64,000 nucleotides of DNA from the human T2T-CHM13v2.0 reference genome, Homo sapiens, in assembly GCF_009914755.1 (NCBI RefSeq), contig NC_060938.1; one strand, 5' to 3'. Positions 39,291 to 52,900 of this stretch are shown here, in pieces. Position 1 is the stretch's first letter. Every line of letters starts with the position of its first letter. The notes under the pieces are model-generated. The model saw only the letters and a list, made by a program, of their open reading frames with translations, did not search any database and had not been told where the DNA came from. The translations under genes were made by a program, and so were the position numbers.

Positions 39291-41593
39291 CCAGGGGCTT
39301 TGGTACCGACCGAGGTGACCCACCTCTGCCTTTTATTGGCGGCTGCTTAAGGGCCCTTCCGCATCCAGGCTCTGCTGCTTTCTCAGCGGTTTTAGGAATG
39401 TTGCTGAGGGTGGGATTTCACCCCTGGTCACTGGGGACCATCTTCAGCTCCTCCATTAGCCCCTGGCATCACCTGACCTCCAAGGGTAGAAGCTTGGTGT
39501 CCCAGGCATCTTTCAGTGGCATGTGGCAGAAACCTTCTCAAACTCCCTTCAAGCCAAGGGAGGAATTTTGACAGATTCATAGTCCCAATGACAAGGAGCA
39601 TAGTCAGTCCTCACCAGGGTGGCATCAAGAGGACCAAGACAGCGTCTTTCTCTGTGTGTCTTCTGTTGATTGTTCCTCTGTCTGTGCCGTTGGCTTCTGT
39701 CCACATCTCTGCATGTTTCTCTCCCTGTGGCACTGCCTCTGTGTCTCTCTCTCCCCTTCTTCATCTCCGTGTTCTGTGTGTTTCTCTGTCCCACTGTCTC
39801 TGTCTGTCTGCCTGTTTGTCGGGAGTGCTCTGTCTCAGGGCCTGGTGAGGTGAGCAAGCCTGGGTGAGGTGCCCGGGGGCGTGGCATGTAGGGAGGTGCT
39901 TCCTCTTTGGTGCTGACCCTGCACTTGCTTAAATGTGTGCCTTGGGCACCCCACCTGCTTTCCCCTGCTCCAGGCCCGGCTTTTCTCTCCATCCCCCTTT
40001 CCCTCTCTTTGCCTGTTTCTTTGTCTCCCTGACCCCGTCTTGGAGCTGAGTGGTTGTTTCTCTCTTGGTACGTGGTCTCTGGTCTCTGCTCACCCTAAAC
40101 TTCACAGCCCGATCTTCCTGCCTCCCTGTGCCTGGGGGTGAAGTTGGTTGCCCGGCCCTGCATGACCCCTCAGTCCAGCACTCAGGATCTCCCTGTCCAA
40201 TTTAAAATTCCAGGAGAGTGAGTACAGCTCGGCTCAGCCATTCATGCCTCGTCCAGTCAGCTGTGGCAGGGGCTTGAGAGCAGGCTGTCTGAGGAGGGGT
40301 CTGGGTGAGGCGGGGCTGCTCTGCACGAGGGCCCTCTTGGTCCTGAGTCCCCAGGTCTCTCCATCCAATGTGAAGTGTGGCACAGCAGTACCCCTCACTG
40401 CCAGGACCCGGATGGCCTTGCCCTTGGGCCTTCCTGGGAAACTGCAGGAAAACAGAGCCAACACTAAGTTTGAGAACAGGGAAAAGCATGCTCCCCTCCC
40501 ACCCTCAGCCCGCATCTCATGGTTCTTTAAATGTATTGAGCGTCAAGCTGCCTCCTCTTCAAACATCCTGGTTCTTCCAGCTGTATCTGCGGAAACAAAT
40601 CATTATCACCCAGTTTGGGGTTCTGGTTTCAGATGTCAGAGCCATGTGTGGTACAAATACTCTCTGCCGTCTTTCTCCCACACATGGGCAAATGCTTTAG
40701 AGAATTCAAGAAGCACCAGGAAGGAGGAGGCAGCAGCCCTGACTCTGGGGACGAAGGAGCCCCAAGAAGGGCTGGGGAGAGTCTCCAAGTGGTCCCTGTC
40801 TAGGGGTACAGATGGCACAGGCCATGTTAGCTGTGGGGCATGAAGGCAGAGGGGATCTGCCAAATGCCTGTCTTGTTTCTGGTAGGGCCTTAACAGCTGT
40901 TTTCTACACCTCTGGGCAGCTCTTAAATAGCAGTGCGAGGATTTAGGGGTGATGCAGCACAGTTTCAATGGGGAAGGTATGAGGATGGGGCTTTGGGATC
41001 ACATCTTGCCTCATTGGGAGATACCAGCCAAGGTTGGGGGCATGGGTGCAGGAAAGGCCTGGGGCTGGGCTTGGAAGCTGGTGGTGGCTGTGGAACTGGG
41101 GGCTCTAGGCCTCAGCACACACCCTAAGTTTTTTCCTGGCCTGCTTAGGGCTCATGCAGACTTGCCATAGCTGTCAGGGGCCTGTGCCCCCAAATCTAAA
41201 CTCTGCCTTCAGCCAGTGTGCTTCTAGGGAAGGCAGGCTCCCAGCTTTGCTGGCCTACTACAAACAGAGAGAAGAGGCCACCCCGGCAGAGAAAGCTCCC
41301 GTGAGCGCTGGGGAAAAGGCCATGCAGATGCAAACGGGTGATAAGTCACTTTGTAATGAAAGAATCTAAGCCTGTAGCATCTCTCTCTGGAATCCTGAAT
41401 TCCATTCATTCATCTGAGTGACATTTGTTGAGCCCCTCCTGAGTGCCACACTCTGTACCAGGTGCCGGGAATGCTCAGGTCCGGTTCTTCAGGCTAGCAG
41501 GGAAAACAGGCACCCACACAAACCGACGCTTGTGGTAGGATGCGATGGAGACTCCTACAGTGCTGTAGCAGCACCAAAAAAGCAGCGGATTCT

Positions 41594-42152
41594 TTTTCTT
41601 TTTTAACTTTTAAGTTCAGGGGTATGTGTGCAGATTTGTTATATAGGTAAATTCATGTCACGAGGGTTTGTTGTACAGATTATTTCATCACCCAGGTTCT
41701 AAGCCTAGTAGCCAATAATTATTTTTTCTGATCCTCTCCCTCCTCCTACCCTCCACCCTCAAGTAGGCCCCAGTGTGTGTTGTTCCTCTCTGTGTGTCCG
41801 TGTGTTCTCATCATTTAGCTCCCACTTATTAGTGAGAACATGCCGTATTTGGTTTTCTGTTGCTGTGGTAGTTTGCTAAGGATAATAACCTGAGCTCCAT
41901 CTATGTTCCCGCAAAGGACATGATCCTGTTCCTTTTTATGGCTGCATAATATTCTATTGTGTAATATGTACCACATTTTCTTTATCCAGTCTATCATTGA
42001 GCATTCAGGTTGATTCTGTGTCTTTGCTATTGTGAACAGTGCTGCAATGAAAATACACATGCCTGTGTCTTTATGGTAGAATGATTTATATTCCTTGGGG
42101 TATATACTCAGGAATGAGATTGCTGGATTGAATAGTATTTCTGTTTTTAGCT
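41594..42152 (-). mobile_element. 5'-truncated L1PA (L1PA15/16-like) 3' end
   Basis: L1 3' UTR antisense; 16-bp TSD AAAAGCAGC(G/T)GATTCT at 41578-41593 and 42153-42168. Confidence 0.9.
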
Positions 42153-43656
42153 AAAAGCAGCTGATTCTATCTGGGGAGTCAAAGGACCCTTCCTGGAGGA
42201 GGTGATGTTTACTCTCGAGGTTCAGTTAAGAGTTTACCAAGTGGGAAAGGAAGGATATCTCACTCAAGGCTGAGAGGGCCTGGCTGGCTTGGAGAAGGGT
42301 GAGACATTTGGACTAGAGGGTGATGCAGGAGGGGATGAACGTGGCTGGAGAGGGGAGGAGGAGCGGCCCCTGACCTGGGCCTCAGCCTGGCCCAGTTGAT
42401 CTCTTAAACTTTCTTCCAGCTCTGAATCTTTTTGCATTGCTGCTAAAGCAGCTTCTGTCTGCTTCTGACTTTCTGTGGAATAAGGCCCTGTGCAGGATGG
42501 GGGTAGGGATTGAAGCCTTGGAGGGCAGAGGTTGGTTGCTCAGGGGAGGACACAAGGCCTTGCAGTACCCAGGCTGCACACATCACCTTGGCAGTTTGTG
42601 GGCAAACCCTCCTGGCCGAAGGGAGATTGCACCGCCAGCCACTTCCTCCAGTTCCTTCCCTCTGCCTGTCGTCACGGTTACCTTGGCCTTGTTGGGGGTG
42701 AGGTTAAGGTTGGGCGGAATCAATTTCAGCCAGGTTTCTATTTTCCCAGATGCAGGTCAGCCAGAGGAGCTGTCACTTCTGGTTCAGTTTCAAAGAAGGC
42801 CAAGGGACTGGGAGGTGCTTGGGTGTGGCGGTGTTGACGAGGCGCCTCTGCAGCTGACTCCCAGGTGGGGTGGGAGTGGGGCAGGGAGAAGCTCAGAGGT
42901 GGTGAGGAGGCAGAAAGGGGGCTGCCCTGCCAAGGCCTGTGCCGATGGCCATGGTGCTGGTCTCGGGCCCAGGCGCTCTGTCCTGAGCCCCCAGAGCATG
43001 CTGGGAGTGTGCAGAGAGAGGCTGTTTATTTTCCTGGCCTATAGCCCTTTGGGCTGAGACCTTGTTCCAGGCCTTGGGCTGCCAGAGTCACCCCCCACAC
43101 CCTCCTCCCTGGCTGGAGAAGTGAGAGAGTTGGCAAGCCCAGGACAATCCAACGGCTTCTCTAATGGCCTATGACTCTGGTCTGTCCCCAGCCCAGCTGG
43201 TCCTGGGTGTCCTTCAGATTTTCCTGGTAGATCACCTACCAGGTAGGTAGGCAAGAGGCAGCAAGAGGTGCCACATCAAAGTGCTCCTGATGGACTGGGG
43301 CTGTAAGGGCTGGTGGTCAGGAGCAGGGTGCTTGAAACCAGAGAAATCTGAGTTTGAATCCTAATCTGCTATTTTGTAGTTGTATGGCCTTGGGCAAATT
43401 GAACTATTGAGCCTCAGTCTCACCATCTGTAAAATGGTACAGTAATAGTAACTTCCTCATAAGACTTTGATGGTGAGGATTAAATGACATGTGTTTAAAG
43501 CATTTATCAAAGTAGGCAACAAATGGCACCTCTTGTTATTATTACTAATGGAGCAATAACAACAGCAACTTTGATTCGAAGTCTGTGCTAGTGGGCAGTG
43601 AGTCTCCTTCTCCCCCATTCCAGGGGTCGTATTTCACGCATGGTGAGTTTATTAAC

Positions 43657-44243
43657 ATGTCCTGAGGGAGAAGCAAGCCCGGAGGCTCAGGAGGCCCCTT
43701 GCTTGTTCCCCAGGGTCCTTCAGCTCTCCCACAGGTGGGCATCCTGGGGGAAAGGATTAAAGCCAGATGAGGAGGCTGGGGAGACTGTTAGTGACAAGAG
43801 GAAATGGATCCCAGCATTTGGAAAGGGCCAAGAAAGGAACATTGGGTATGGAGGAGCGGGGAAGATCTTAAATCCCAACAGAAGGTAAGAGGAGAGGACA
43901 AAGATAGTCAAGGAGGTGGGAAGGTGGCAGTGGAATGTGGAACCTGTGTCCATGCCCAAGACGTTTTTAAAGGAAGTGCCTGGGAACCACTGGCCTGGAA
44001 AATTGTACCCAGAGGGCTTGGGCTGGGCAAAAGAAAAGGTCGTCACCGCCCGTTGGGTGCCACCTCTGTGTGAGTAGATTTGCCAGGCTCCTGGCCTCCT
44101 GAACTCCTCATCTGGCTTTAATCCTTTTCTCTGCTTTTGCATATTCTTCCCCCAGAATGTCCACCTGTGGGAGAGCTGAGGGACCCTGGGGGCAGAAGCG
44201 AGGGGCTTCCTGAGTCTCTGGGCTTGCTTCTCCCTCAGGACAT
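43657..44243. repeat. Inverted duplication: arms 43657-43774 and 44104-44243
   Basis: Manual alignment: 118 aligned bp, 9 substitutions, one 1-nt and one 21-nt indel; 329-bp spacer. Confidence 0.95.
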
Positions 44244-44258
44244 CTGAACCTGGATATC

Positions 44259-44618
44259 TGTCTTAGTCCATTTTGTGTTACTATCACAGAATACCACCAA
44301 CTGAGTAATTTATAAAGAAAAGAAATTTATTTCTCACAGTTCTGGAGGTTGTGAAGTCCAATATCAAGGTACTGGTGTCTTGTGAGGGCCTTCTTGCTGC
44401 ATCATCCTAGGGCAGAAGGTGGGAAAGCAAGAGAGTACAAGACAGCAAGAAAGGGCCAAATTTCCTTTTATAACAAATCCCCTTTTCTAATAACAACATT
44501 AATCCATTCATTAATATTGTTACTAACCACCTCTTAAAGGTGTCACCTCTCAACACTGTTGCATTGGGGATTAAGTTTCTAACACTTGAAGTTTGGGAGA
44601 CACATTCAAACCAGAGCA
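44259..44618 (-). mobile_element. MaLR solo LTR (MST/MLT1A-like)
   Basis: TGTCTTAGTCCATTT...ATTTATTTCTCACAGTTCTGGAGG...ACATTCAAACCAGAGCA; TG...CA ends, ~360 bp. Confidence 0.85.
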
Positions 44619-44851
44619 GAATCCCTGCCCGTTTGGGCTACTGACTCCTCCCTGGGATGCTCTGAGAGGATCCTTGGACTGGCTGGGAGGTATTTCCAAC
44701 TCTCCAGGCAGTGGGCTGGCAGAAGTGATCACTTGTTCACTGCCGAGATGTGGGTTAGAAAGGCGAAGTTGTCCCTCTGTCTATGTGTCAGGACAGAAAC
44801 TGTACTCCAAGCCTGCCTCAGTGTCTAATCAGTGGCTCTGTGCCCTCACAG

Positions 44852-44956
44852 CTAGATGAGGAAGAGGAGCGAAGGAAAAGGCGCCGGGAGAAGAACAAAG
44901 TCGCAGCAGCCCGATGCCGGAACAAGAAGAAGGAGCGCACGGAGTTTCTGCAGCGG
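44852..44956 (+). CDS. JDP2: JDP2 coding exon 2 (aa 68-102), bZIP basic region
   Basis: LDEEEERRKRRREKNKVAAARCRNKKKERTEFLQR with the bZIP N-x7-R motif; branch point CTAAT 44825-44829, acceptor CACAG|, donor CGG|GTGAGC. Confidence 0.98.
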
Positions 44957-47761
44957 GTGAGCTGACCGGGTGGGTGGGGAGGCCTGCCATTCCTTGGAGT
45001 GAGCTTGTGTACTCTGGACCAGGAGAGGCCATCAGATGTCTCTGTAGTCAATGAGCATCTGCTGGCAGCTGCCAAAGCAGCCTTGGCCCCTCTGCTCTTT
45101 CCTACCTCCTGTTTCCTCCCCAATCTCTGAACCAAGACAACCAAGGGCAGCCTTCAGCAGTTCCTGCCCACACAACCCCTGGAAGCCCAAGAAGGAAGGA
45201 GGAGCCAAATTCCCCTCCACTGAGGTTAGACCCTTGGTGCTGATTGACCCAGATGGCCCAGGACTGCCACTATCTATTTTGGTTCCCTGGTGGCTACCAA
45301 AGTCGTCTAGGGTGGGTGCCAATGAAGCTAGGTAGTAACATCCTGCATGTGGGCACTGGACACAGCCTCTGGCCTGGCTAACTTTGCACAGAGAAAAGCT
45401 CCTTCCCTTAGCTGCAGGTGTCTTATCCAGCCCTGCATGCCATCTGGCCAGCCCCTCAGCTCCACTGAAGGTGACCTCCAAGCTCTTTGCTGCTACCTCT
45501 GGGAATAAGAGGTCAGCTCTGCATGTAGAGGTCAGCCAGGGGTTGCTTTTCCTCCTGGCCCTACCTGCCCTTTCATTTGGAATGTGCCAAGCAGGATGTT
45601 TGTTCTTTTTCTCCCAAGTCCTGCCTCTCAGAGCTTCCCTGCATCTCAGAAATGGTGGCTGGCAGTGAGGGAACATGACCAGAAAGCTAATCAGTGCAGG
45701 CCAGGAGTCTCTGGTCTTTCCACCCCTAATCATTGGTTCTTTGCTGAATAATAATAACGATAATGTATAATAATAACATAGGGGCGGGTCCTATTCTGTA
45801 AGTACACAGTAACTAACAATAGTTGCCACTATTTGTAAAGTTGGGTGCTGTGCTGAATGCTGTATGTACATTATCTCATTTTATTGGGATAATAACCATA
45901 TGAAGTGGGTACCTTCATTAGTCTCTTTCTACAGATAAGGAAACTAAGGAAGTGTGGGGCTGAGTAATTTGCCCACATCTCTGCTATATTGGCATTCATT
46001 CATTTGTTTGCTCTTTTGTTCATTAATTGATTCAACGGGTATTTTTAAGCATGTACTAAATGTGCATCCGTGTGTTGGGTACACTGGGGGCACACAGGAA
46101 GCAGCAGACACGGTCCTCCTGTGGGAGCTGGAGAGACAAGGCTAGATTGGCCTGGTGTTTTTGGACTCTGGAGGGTCTATGGGCATCTTCTCACACTTGC
46201 AACAAGCAGAGAGCTATTCTGTGGTCATGGGTGTAGACAGCATGGGGCCGTGTATCTACCTCCAGGCTGTGAGTGTCCAGTGCAGGGAATGGTTATTGTA
46301 GATTAGAGTTAGATTCCTGGATCTGGGAGCCCGTTGGAAGAGATGGTGCTACAACATTGGGCTGGGAATCTTCAGGAAGTTTCTAAGACACGAGCCTTCA
46401 AGATGGATGAAGTGCCACATACCTCATTTCCAGCACCAAGTGCCTGCCATGAGCAGAGCTGGATGAGAAAGCAGGGACTAGAGAAGCTTCACGTGAGATC
46501 CCTGCCTTCAAGAGCTTGTCAGCCAGTTACCAGGCAAGATACGCCCTAGCGGACAGCATGTTAGTGACACACCAGTGCAATAAAGAGTTGGTGCCCAATG
46601 AATGGCACTCACTGCCCATCACATTCCAGGAACACTAGCTGAGCACCTACTGTGTGCCAGGCATTTCCCATGTTTTATTTAATCCTTATAATATTCCAGT
46701 GAGATAATATTATTTATCCCCATTTTAGAGACTGACCTGTAGCTCAGAGAGGTCAAGTTACTTGGCCAAGGTCACACTGCTAGCGAGTGGTGGGCTTGGA
46801 TGTATTCATCCTTTGCTGATCCACCCGTCCATTTAGTAGGTGTTTAGTGAGTGCCTAGGGCACAGAGGGCAGGCAGGCGGTGTCGGCAGTGGGATGGGAG
46901 GCAGGAAACAAGGAAAGTGACGTGTGCCGAGCGTTATGTTGGGCAAGCCTAGCCAGCTGTGAGAACACACAGCAGGGGCCCTGTCCTGGTCTAGGCTAAG
47001 GAAAGGCTGCTTCAATTCAGACATAAAAGAGGAGTAGGAGCAGTGAGATGGAGGCCCTAGGGGGTTATGAGGAATGGAAGGGTTCAAGCAAAGGCAAAAG
47101 GTGCTGTTTAAGGATGTGTTTAAGGCATTGAAAAGGATACCAGCTGGAGTTTAGAGTACCAAGTAGTGGGGTGGAGAGGCAGGCAGGGCCCAGATCCCTC
47201 ATAATAGGGTGATGCTAGATGCTGGGTTGCCTGAGGCATGCCCATTCTGTGCCTGTTGTCCTGGCCTAATGATTAGTAGCCCCTTCCTTCACTCTCACAA
47301 GTGCTGCTCTAGGATGATGAATTATATGGTCATGGAGAGTCACTGAAGGGCTGCAGGAGGGGAGACGCACACCTTCAAAAGATCCCTCTGGCGGCAATGT
47401 GGGGCACAGATTGAGGTAGAAGGATCAGTTTTGGAAGTGTCATGTTGTTCCAGTGAGACAGAAGTGCGCGGCCTTGGGGTCTGGGAGGAGATTTGGGCAG
47501 CATTGTCTGGGCCCAAGCCCAGTCCTCCCCTCACCCCTGTGTTCTCCTCCTCCTCCCCAGCCTTGGAAGCAGAGGTTTGGTGTGAAGTTTAGGGCATGAA
47601 TGCAGGCGGCTGTGTTGACAGTCAGTGCCTGCAGACCTGGGGGATTCTCTTGTAGTTTATTTTTAATAGGTAAAATACAAGGCTCAGAGATACATATGTT
47701 AATTGTTAATAAATAGTAATTATTTAAGTAAGGGGATATATACAGTTGGGACAAATATCTA

Positions 47762-48068
47762 CAGGCGGCCTTTCATAGCCAAGGGTTCTGCATCTGTGAT
47801 TTGACCAACAGTAGATCAAAAGTATTCAGAAAAAAAAGCATCTGTACTGTTTATTCCCTAAACAATGCAGCATAGCAGCTATTTACATAGCATTTACATC
47901 GTATTAGTCATTATAAGTAACCTAGAGATGATTTAAAGTATACGGGAGATGTGTATAGGTGATATCCAAATAACACGCCATTTTATGTAAGAAACTTGAG
48001 CATCCTCGGATTTTGGTATCCTCGGGGAGTCCTGGGACCAGTCGCCCATGGCTACTGAGAGACAACTG
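47762..48068 (-). mobile_element. MER2 (Tigger/TcMar) DNA transposon relic
   Basis: CAG...CTG ends flanked by TA; AAGTAACCTAGAGATGATTTAAAGTATACGGGAG body. Confidence 0.85.
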
Positions 48069-48749
48069 TATATATGTCATAGGTAAAAAGCCACCGTCCC
48101 ACCCTTGACCCCTGGACAACCAGATCCACACCTGGAAGATTCTTAACTGCATCTCAGAGTTCGCCTGCCTAGACTAGCCGAGGCCCTGAACCCCGGGGAA
48201 GGGGCAGGCCTTGGGAGGGGTCAGGTCCACACCCCACAGGCCCTGGGGCTGCCTCAGTACATCCTCCATCTGCGGTCAGGAGCAGTGGCCCTGAGGCTTC
48301 TGCCTTGTATAATGCTGGCAGCTTCTGTCTCTCTGCTGTCCTAACCCAGGTTCTCTAGATGTTAGTAGCAATAATGCTATCTCACACTCCCGTGGTGCCC
48401 TCTGGTCTTCATAGCCACTCTCTCCTGATGGTCACAGTGGCCCTGGGAAGAGGAAAGGCAGTCCTATCCATTGATGAAGTTCAAGGTCACCCAGTGGCCG
48501 AGTCAGGACGAGAACCTGGGGCTTCCTCTGTGCCCCACACAATATTCAGGTTGCCCAGACTCAAAAGAAATTAGGAAACTCGTTTGTGGAAGCATAGCTA
48601 GCAAGTAGCAGAGTCAGGATTTTAATCCAGACAGGTCTTTCAGGCTCAAAGGGGCATATCAGGCTGCTTCTCAGCTCTTACAAAAACTTAGTGGAAATCT
48701 ATTTTATATGCCTTAGAATAGCTTTTTAAAAATATAGATTCAGATGGTC

Positions 48750-49166
<417 letters not shown>

Positions 49167-49573
49167 TAAAAGCCAGGACACCCAGCCCTTCACCTTGTAT
49201 TCTTTCTACTGCCTTTGCCGACCACAGTGTAGGAGGCAGAACCTTAATATGCACTAATTCTATTCTAAAACAACAAATGGTTTCATTTTCTCTGGGGCAA
49301 TAAATATCTAACAGAAGTCAAAACAATAAACAAAAATGCAGCCGGAGGTATATGCTTCATAATTAATGTGAGAAAGATCTTCGCTCAGTTCCTTCATTAA
49401 TTAGGAAAACAAATTAGATAATTGTTGTTATAAAGTCACAAACCACTTCTACAATCATGGTTTAAAAAAAAAAGATTCTTCTGAACTCAACTTATATTTA
49501 CACAATAAATAAATATGTAGAGCCAACTAATAACTCTTTGAGTGTGGAAGGCAGTAAAACTAAAAGGCAGTTA

Positions 49574-49907
<334 letters not shown>

Positions 49908-51593
49908 TCAGAATTCAGGATATTCAATGATGTACCCTAACATTTAAAACCCACAGAATATAATGTTCTTTGTATGATAGCTGCATGAGTAAAGCAAGTT
50001 ACCCTACACTGCACTGATCTTTGTGTGTGATACAGACGCTCCCACATAGAGTTGGTTTGACACGTGGTAATTTCTAGGAGGCAGATCTATGTGTGCAGTG
50101 CTGTTGAATTCTGCCTGTCAGAGGCTTCCCCTTGCATGTCCAGTTTTAACTTCAAACTCACTGTACCCAAAACAAACTCCTCCTTTTCCTTCCCACCGCT
50201 TTCCAGAACAGCTGCCCTCCCAGGCTTCATTCCTCAGACCCTCCATTGGGTTCATAGTCAGCTCTCTGCCCTATCTCCTTCCTTCTCCAAATCCAGCTAG
50301 TCACCAAGATCAGCTGATTTTTCTTTGAGACGTCTTCCTTCTCTTCCTCTCTTTCTTCTTTATGCTATTCTCTTGCTTATAAGTTACAGTAAGCCTCTCT
50401 GGTTTACAGAGTGCTTTTTCCCTGTGAGTTCATCTAATCCCCAAGAGCCTCACCTGTCTACAGAGGAGATAACTGAGGCTCAGAGAAGTTAAGAAACTTG
50501 CTTCTAGACTCAGATTCTGAACCCACAAGCTTTCCAGAGCTACAGGCTGGCTCTCAACCCACCTTCTCACTTTCTACCCTACTAAGTCCTAAAGCGAGCT
50601 ATGATCACAGTGGAGTAGTTTTCCCTTCTAAACCCATCCTAAGCTTTCCCATGCCTGGGTCTTTGTTCACTCAGGGTTCTCCACCCGCAAGTCCCTCCTT
50701 CCCCTTCTCAACCCAGCCTGAGTCAACCCATCTTTCATGCCCAAGGTCAGACCCGCTCTTTAGCCCTCTCTAAGGTCTTCTGAACCCTGGGTGGCTGTTG
50801 GTCACACAGTAGTAAGCTCTGCCTTGTTGCACAGATTGCTTCTTCCCCTTACAGTGGAAAGGCCACAAGAGCCAGTTGGGGGCTCATGGCTCTTGGATTC
50901 CCCAGGGCATTCACTGTACATAGCAGGGCCTCAGCAAACACTCACAGATGGGTGGGTTACCCTGACACCCCTTGAGGCAGGGGCTCAGGAGAGTTTGAAG
51001 ATGGAACTAAGCCCTTGGGCTGGGGAGACCGTGATGGTCAGAGGGTTTGTGAGAAGTTCCCAAGGTCACCAGAGAGTCACCAGTGAGCAGGGGGCTGACA
51101 TTGGCACCTAACTGCCCCAGCCCGAGGGCTCACAGGCTTCCATGGATTCACGAGGGGTCTCTCCTGGCCCTCCGAGATGCGCCTCTCTTGGAATTCTCAG
51201 AACAGAGGACCAGGCCAGCTTCCCAGTCACGTCCCAGCCTGTGGAACCAAAAACCACCAGAGCTGGTTTTTAATATTTTCCCCGAGCATTTTTTTTTCCT
51301 TTAGTGAGGCTGTTTTCTCTCAGCGTCTGGTCACGAGGCCTGCCCGTCTCAGAGTTCCCGGGCACTCATGCTGCCACCTCAGAGATGAGCCAAGGAACAG
51401 TTCGGTCAGACCAGCTGTGGGAGGAAGACGGGACCCCTGGAGGGAGAGGGTTGGGCCCACTGAGGGTTCTGGGGACCCCCTGGGGAGGCCGCTCCACCTG
51501 TACCCTGCCAGGAGGACTGGCAGGCTTATGGGCTTACGGGCCCTCTGGTTGTCACATACGCAGTTGCAACTACTGCTTGCTCTTTGACTGATA

Positions 51594-51803
51594 CAAGTTG
51601 CTCAATCTCTTACGCTATCGCCATTTTGGACTAAATACTTGTGGGGCTGGCCTGTGCATTGAAGGGTGTTTAGAGCATCTCTGGCATCTACCTGCTAGAT
51701 GCTGGTAGCACAGCTCCCTCTGAGTTGTGACAATCAAAAATGTCTGCAGACATTGCCAAATGTCTCCTGGGAGGCAAAAATCAGTCCTAGTTGAGAACCA
51801 CTG
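51594..51803 (-). mobile_element. MER20 (hAT-Charlie)
   Basis: AGTTGTGACAATCAAAAATGTCTGCAGACATTGCCAAATGTC...GTTGAGAACCACTG. Confidence 0.85.
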
Positions 51804-52714
51804 GTCTGAAACTTTGCTGGCCCTCGAATAAATGCCAAGTCTCAAAGTTTTCAGACATAATCCAAGAAAAATCATTCAGATGCTGTTTTACTGTTCAATC
51901 CCCCAAGCCTTGAATCGATATGCCCATCTCCCATCTACACGATGGACATGTAACCCTCGCCACCTCCCGAATCAAATCGTCAACATTCCTTCCTTCCCCT
52001 GGAACCTCTCCAGCTGAGCCGGAAGTTCCCTGGAAATCTCACTCAAGGTCTATTGGAAACCTCATTTGGGATCCAGCAGGATGACTGCTGATTCCCTGTC
52101 TGTGGGCAAAGCTTCCAGATTATAGGGATAAGGAAGAGGCTATTGAAATAATTATAGACTAATAGCTAGGAAGCACATGTTTTAGGAGGAATGACATGAC
52201 TACACTACACTCACTGATCCCACCGGCCAAGATATCTCCCACATGTGTCTGTCACACATCAAAGCACGTTGCCGTTACACTGCCATCTGGGTCCCCTCTT
52301 GGGCCCCCCCATGCTTGCTCCGTAGACCTGCTCTAGGTCCACCTGGCCTCCTTTCTTTGCCCACCCTTTCTTTCTTGTGCAAAGGCCCTGAGGCGGCAGA
52401 GTATTTGGCATATTTGAGCAACAGCAAGGTGGTCACTGAAGCTGGGGTGGATTGAGGGAGGGGAGAGAGGTGGGACGTGAGTCTGGCTGGCCCTAGAATA
52501 TAACCTGGACATGACACAGGCCAGTGTCACCGCTGTGGCAGGCACTGCCTGCAGAAAGTCAGTTAGCCAGGGGCTCAGTAGCAGGGTCTGTGCTTCTTCC
52601 TGCAGAAAACAGGCCAGTGCCAGCCCAGCGTGCCCTGTGCCTAACCACAGGCAGAGCCTCTCCCCAGAGCCAGTCCCCGTGAAACTCACAGCGTGCTTCT
52701 GTGTTGGTATACAG

Positions 52715-52900
52715 GAATCCGAGCGGCTGGAACTCATGAACGCAGAGCTGAAGACCCAGATTGAGGAGCTGAAGCAGGAGCGGCAGCAGCTCATCCTGAT
52801 GCTGAACCGACACCGCCCCACCTGCATCGTCCGGACCGACAGTGTCAAGACCCCCGAGTCAGAAGGCAACCCACTGCTCGAGCAGCTCGAGAAGAAGTGA
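52715..52900 (+). CDS. JDP2: JDP2 coding exon 3 (aa 103-163), leucine zipper and C-terminus
   Basis: ESERLELMNAELKTQIEELKQERQQLILMLNRH...KTPESEGNPLLEQLEKK*; heptad L107/L114/L121/L128/H135; T148-P JNK site; acceptor ATACAG|. Confidence 0.98.
   Translation, partial: ESERLELMNAELKTQIEELKQERQQLILMLNRHRPTCIVRTDSVKTPESEGNPLLEQLEKK

Noticed and set aside
42437-43057. 206-aa intronic ORF (also 45032-45733 and 52333-53013 on the - strand)
   Set aside because: No domain, non-ATG or weak starts, and no exon structure; chance ORFs in GC-rich DNA or antisense shadows of the CDS
52511-52714. ATG 52511 in frame with the last exon (129-aa zipper-only ORF)
   Set aside because: Intronic extension with no supporting promoter evidence; 68 open codons is plausible by chance in GC-rich DNA
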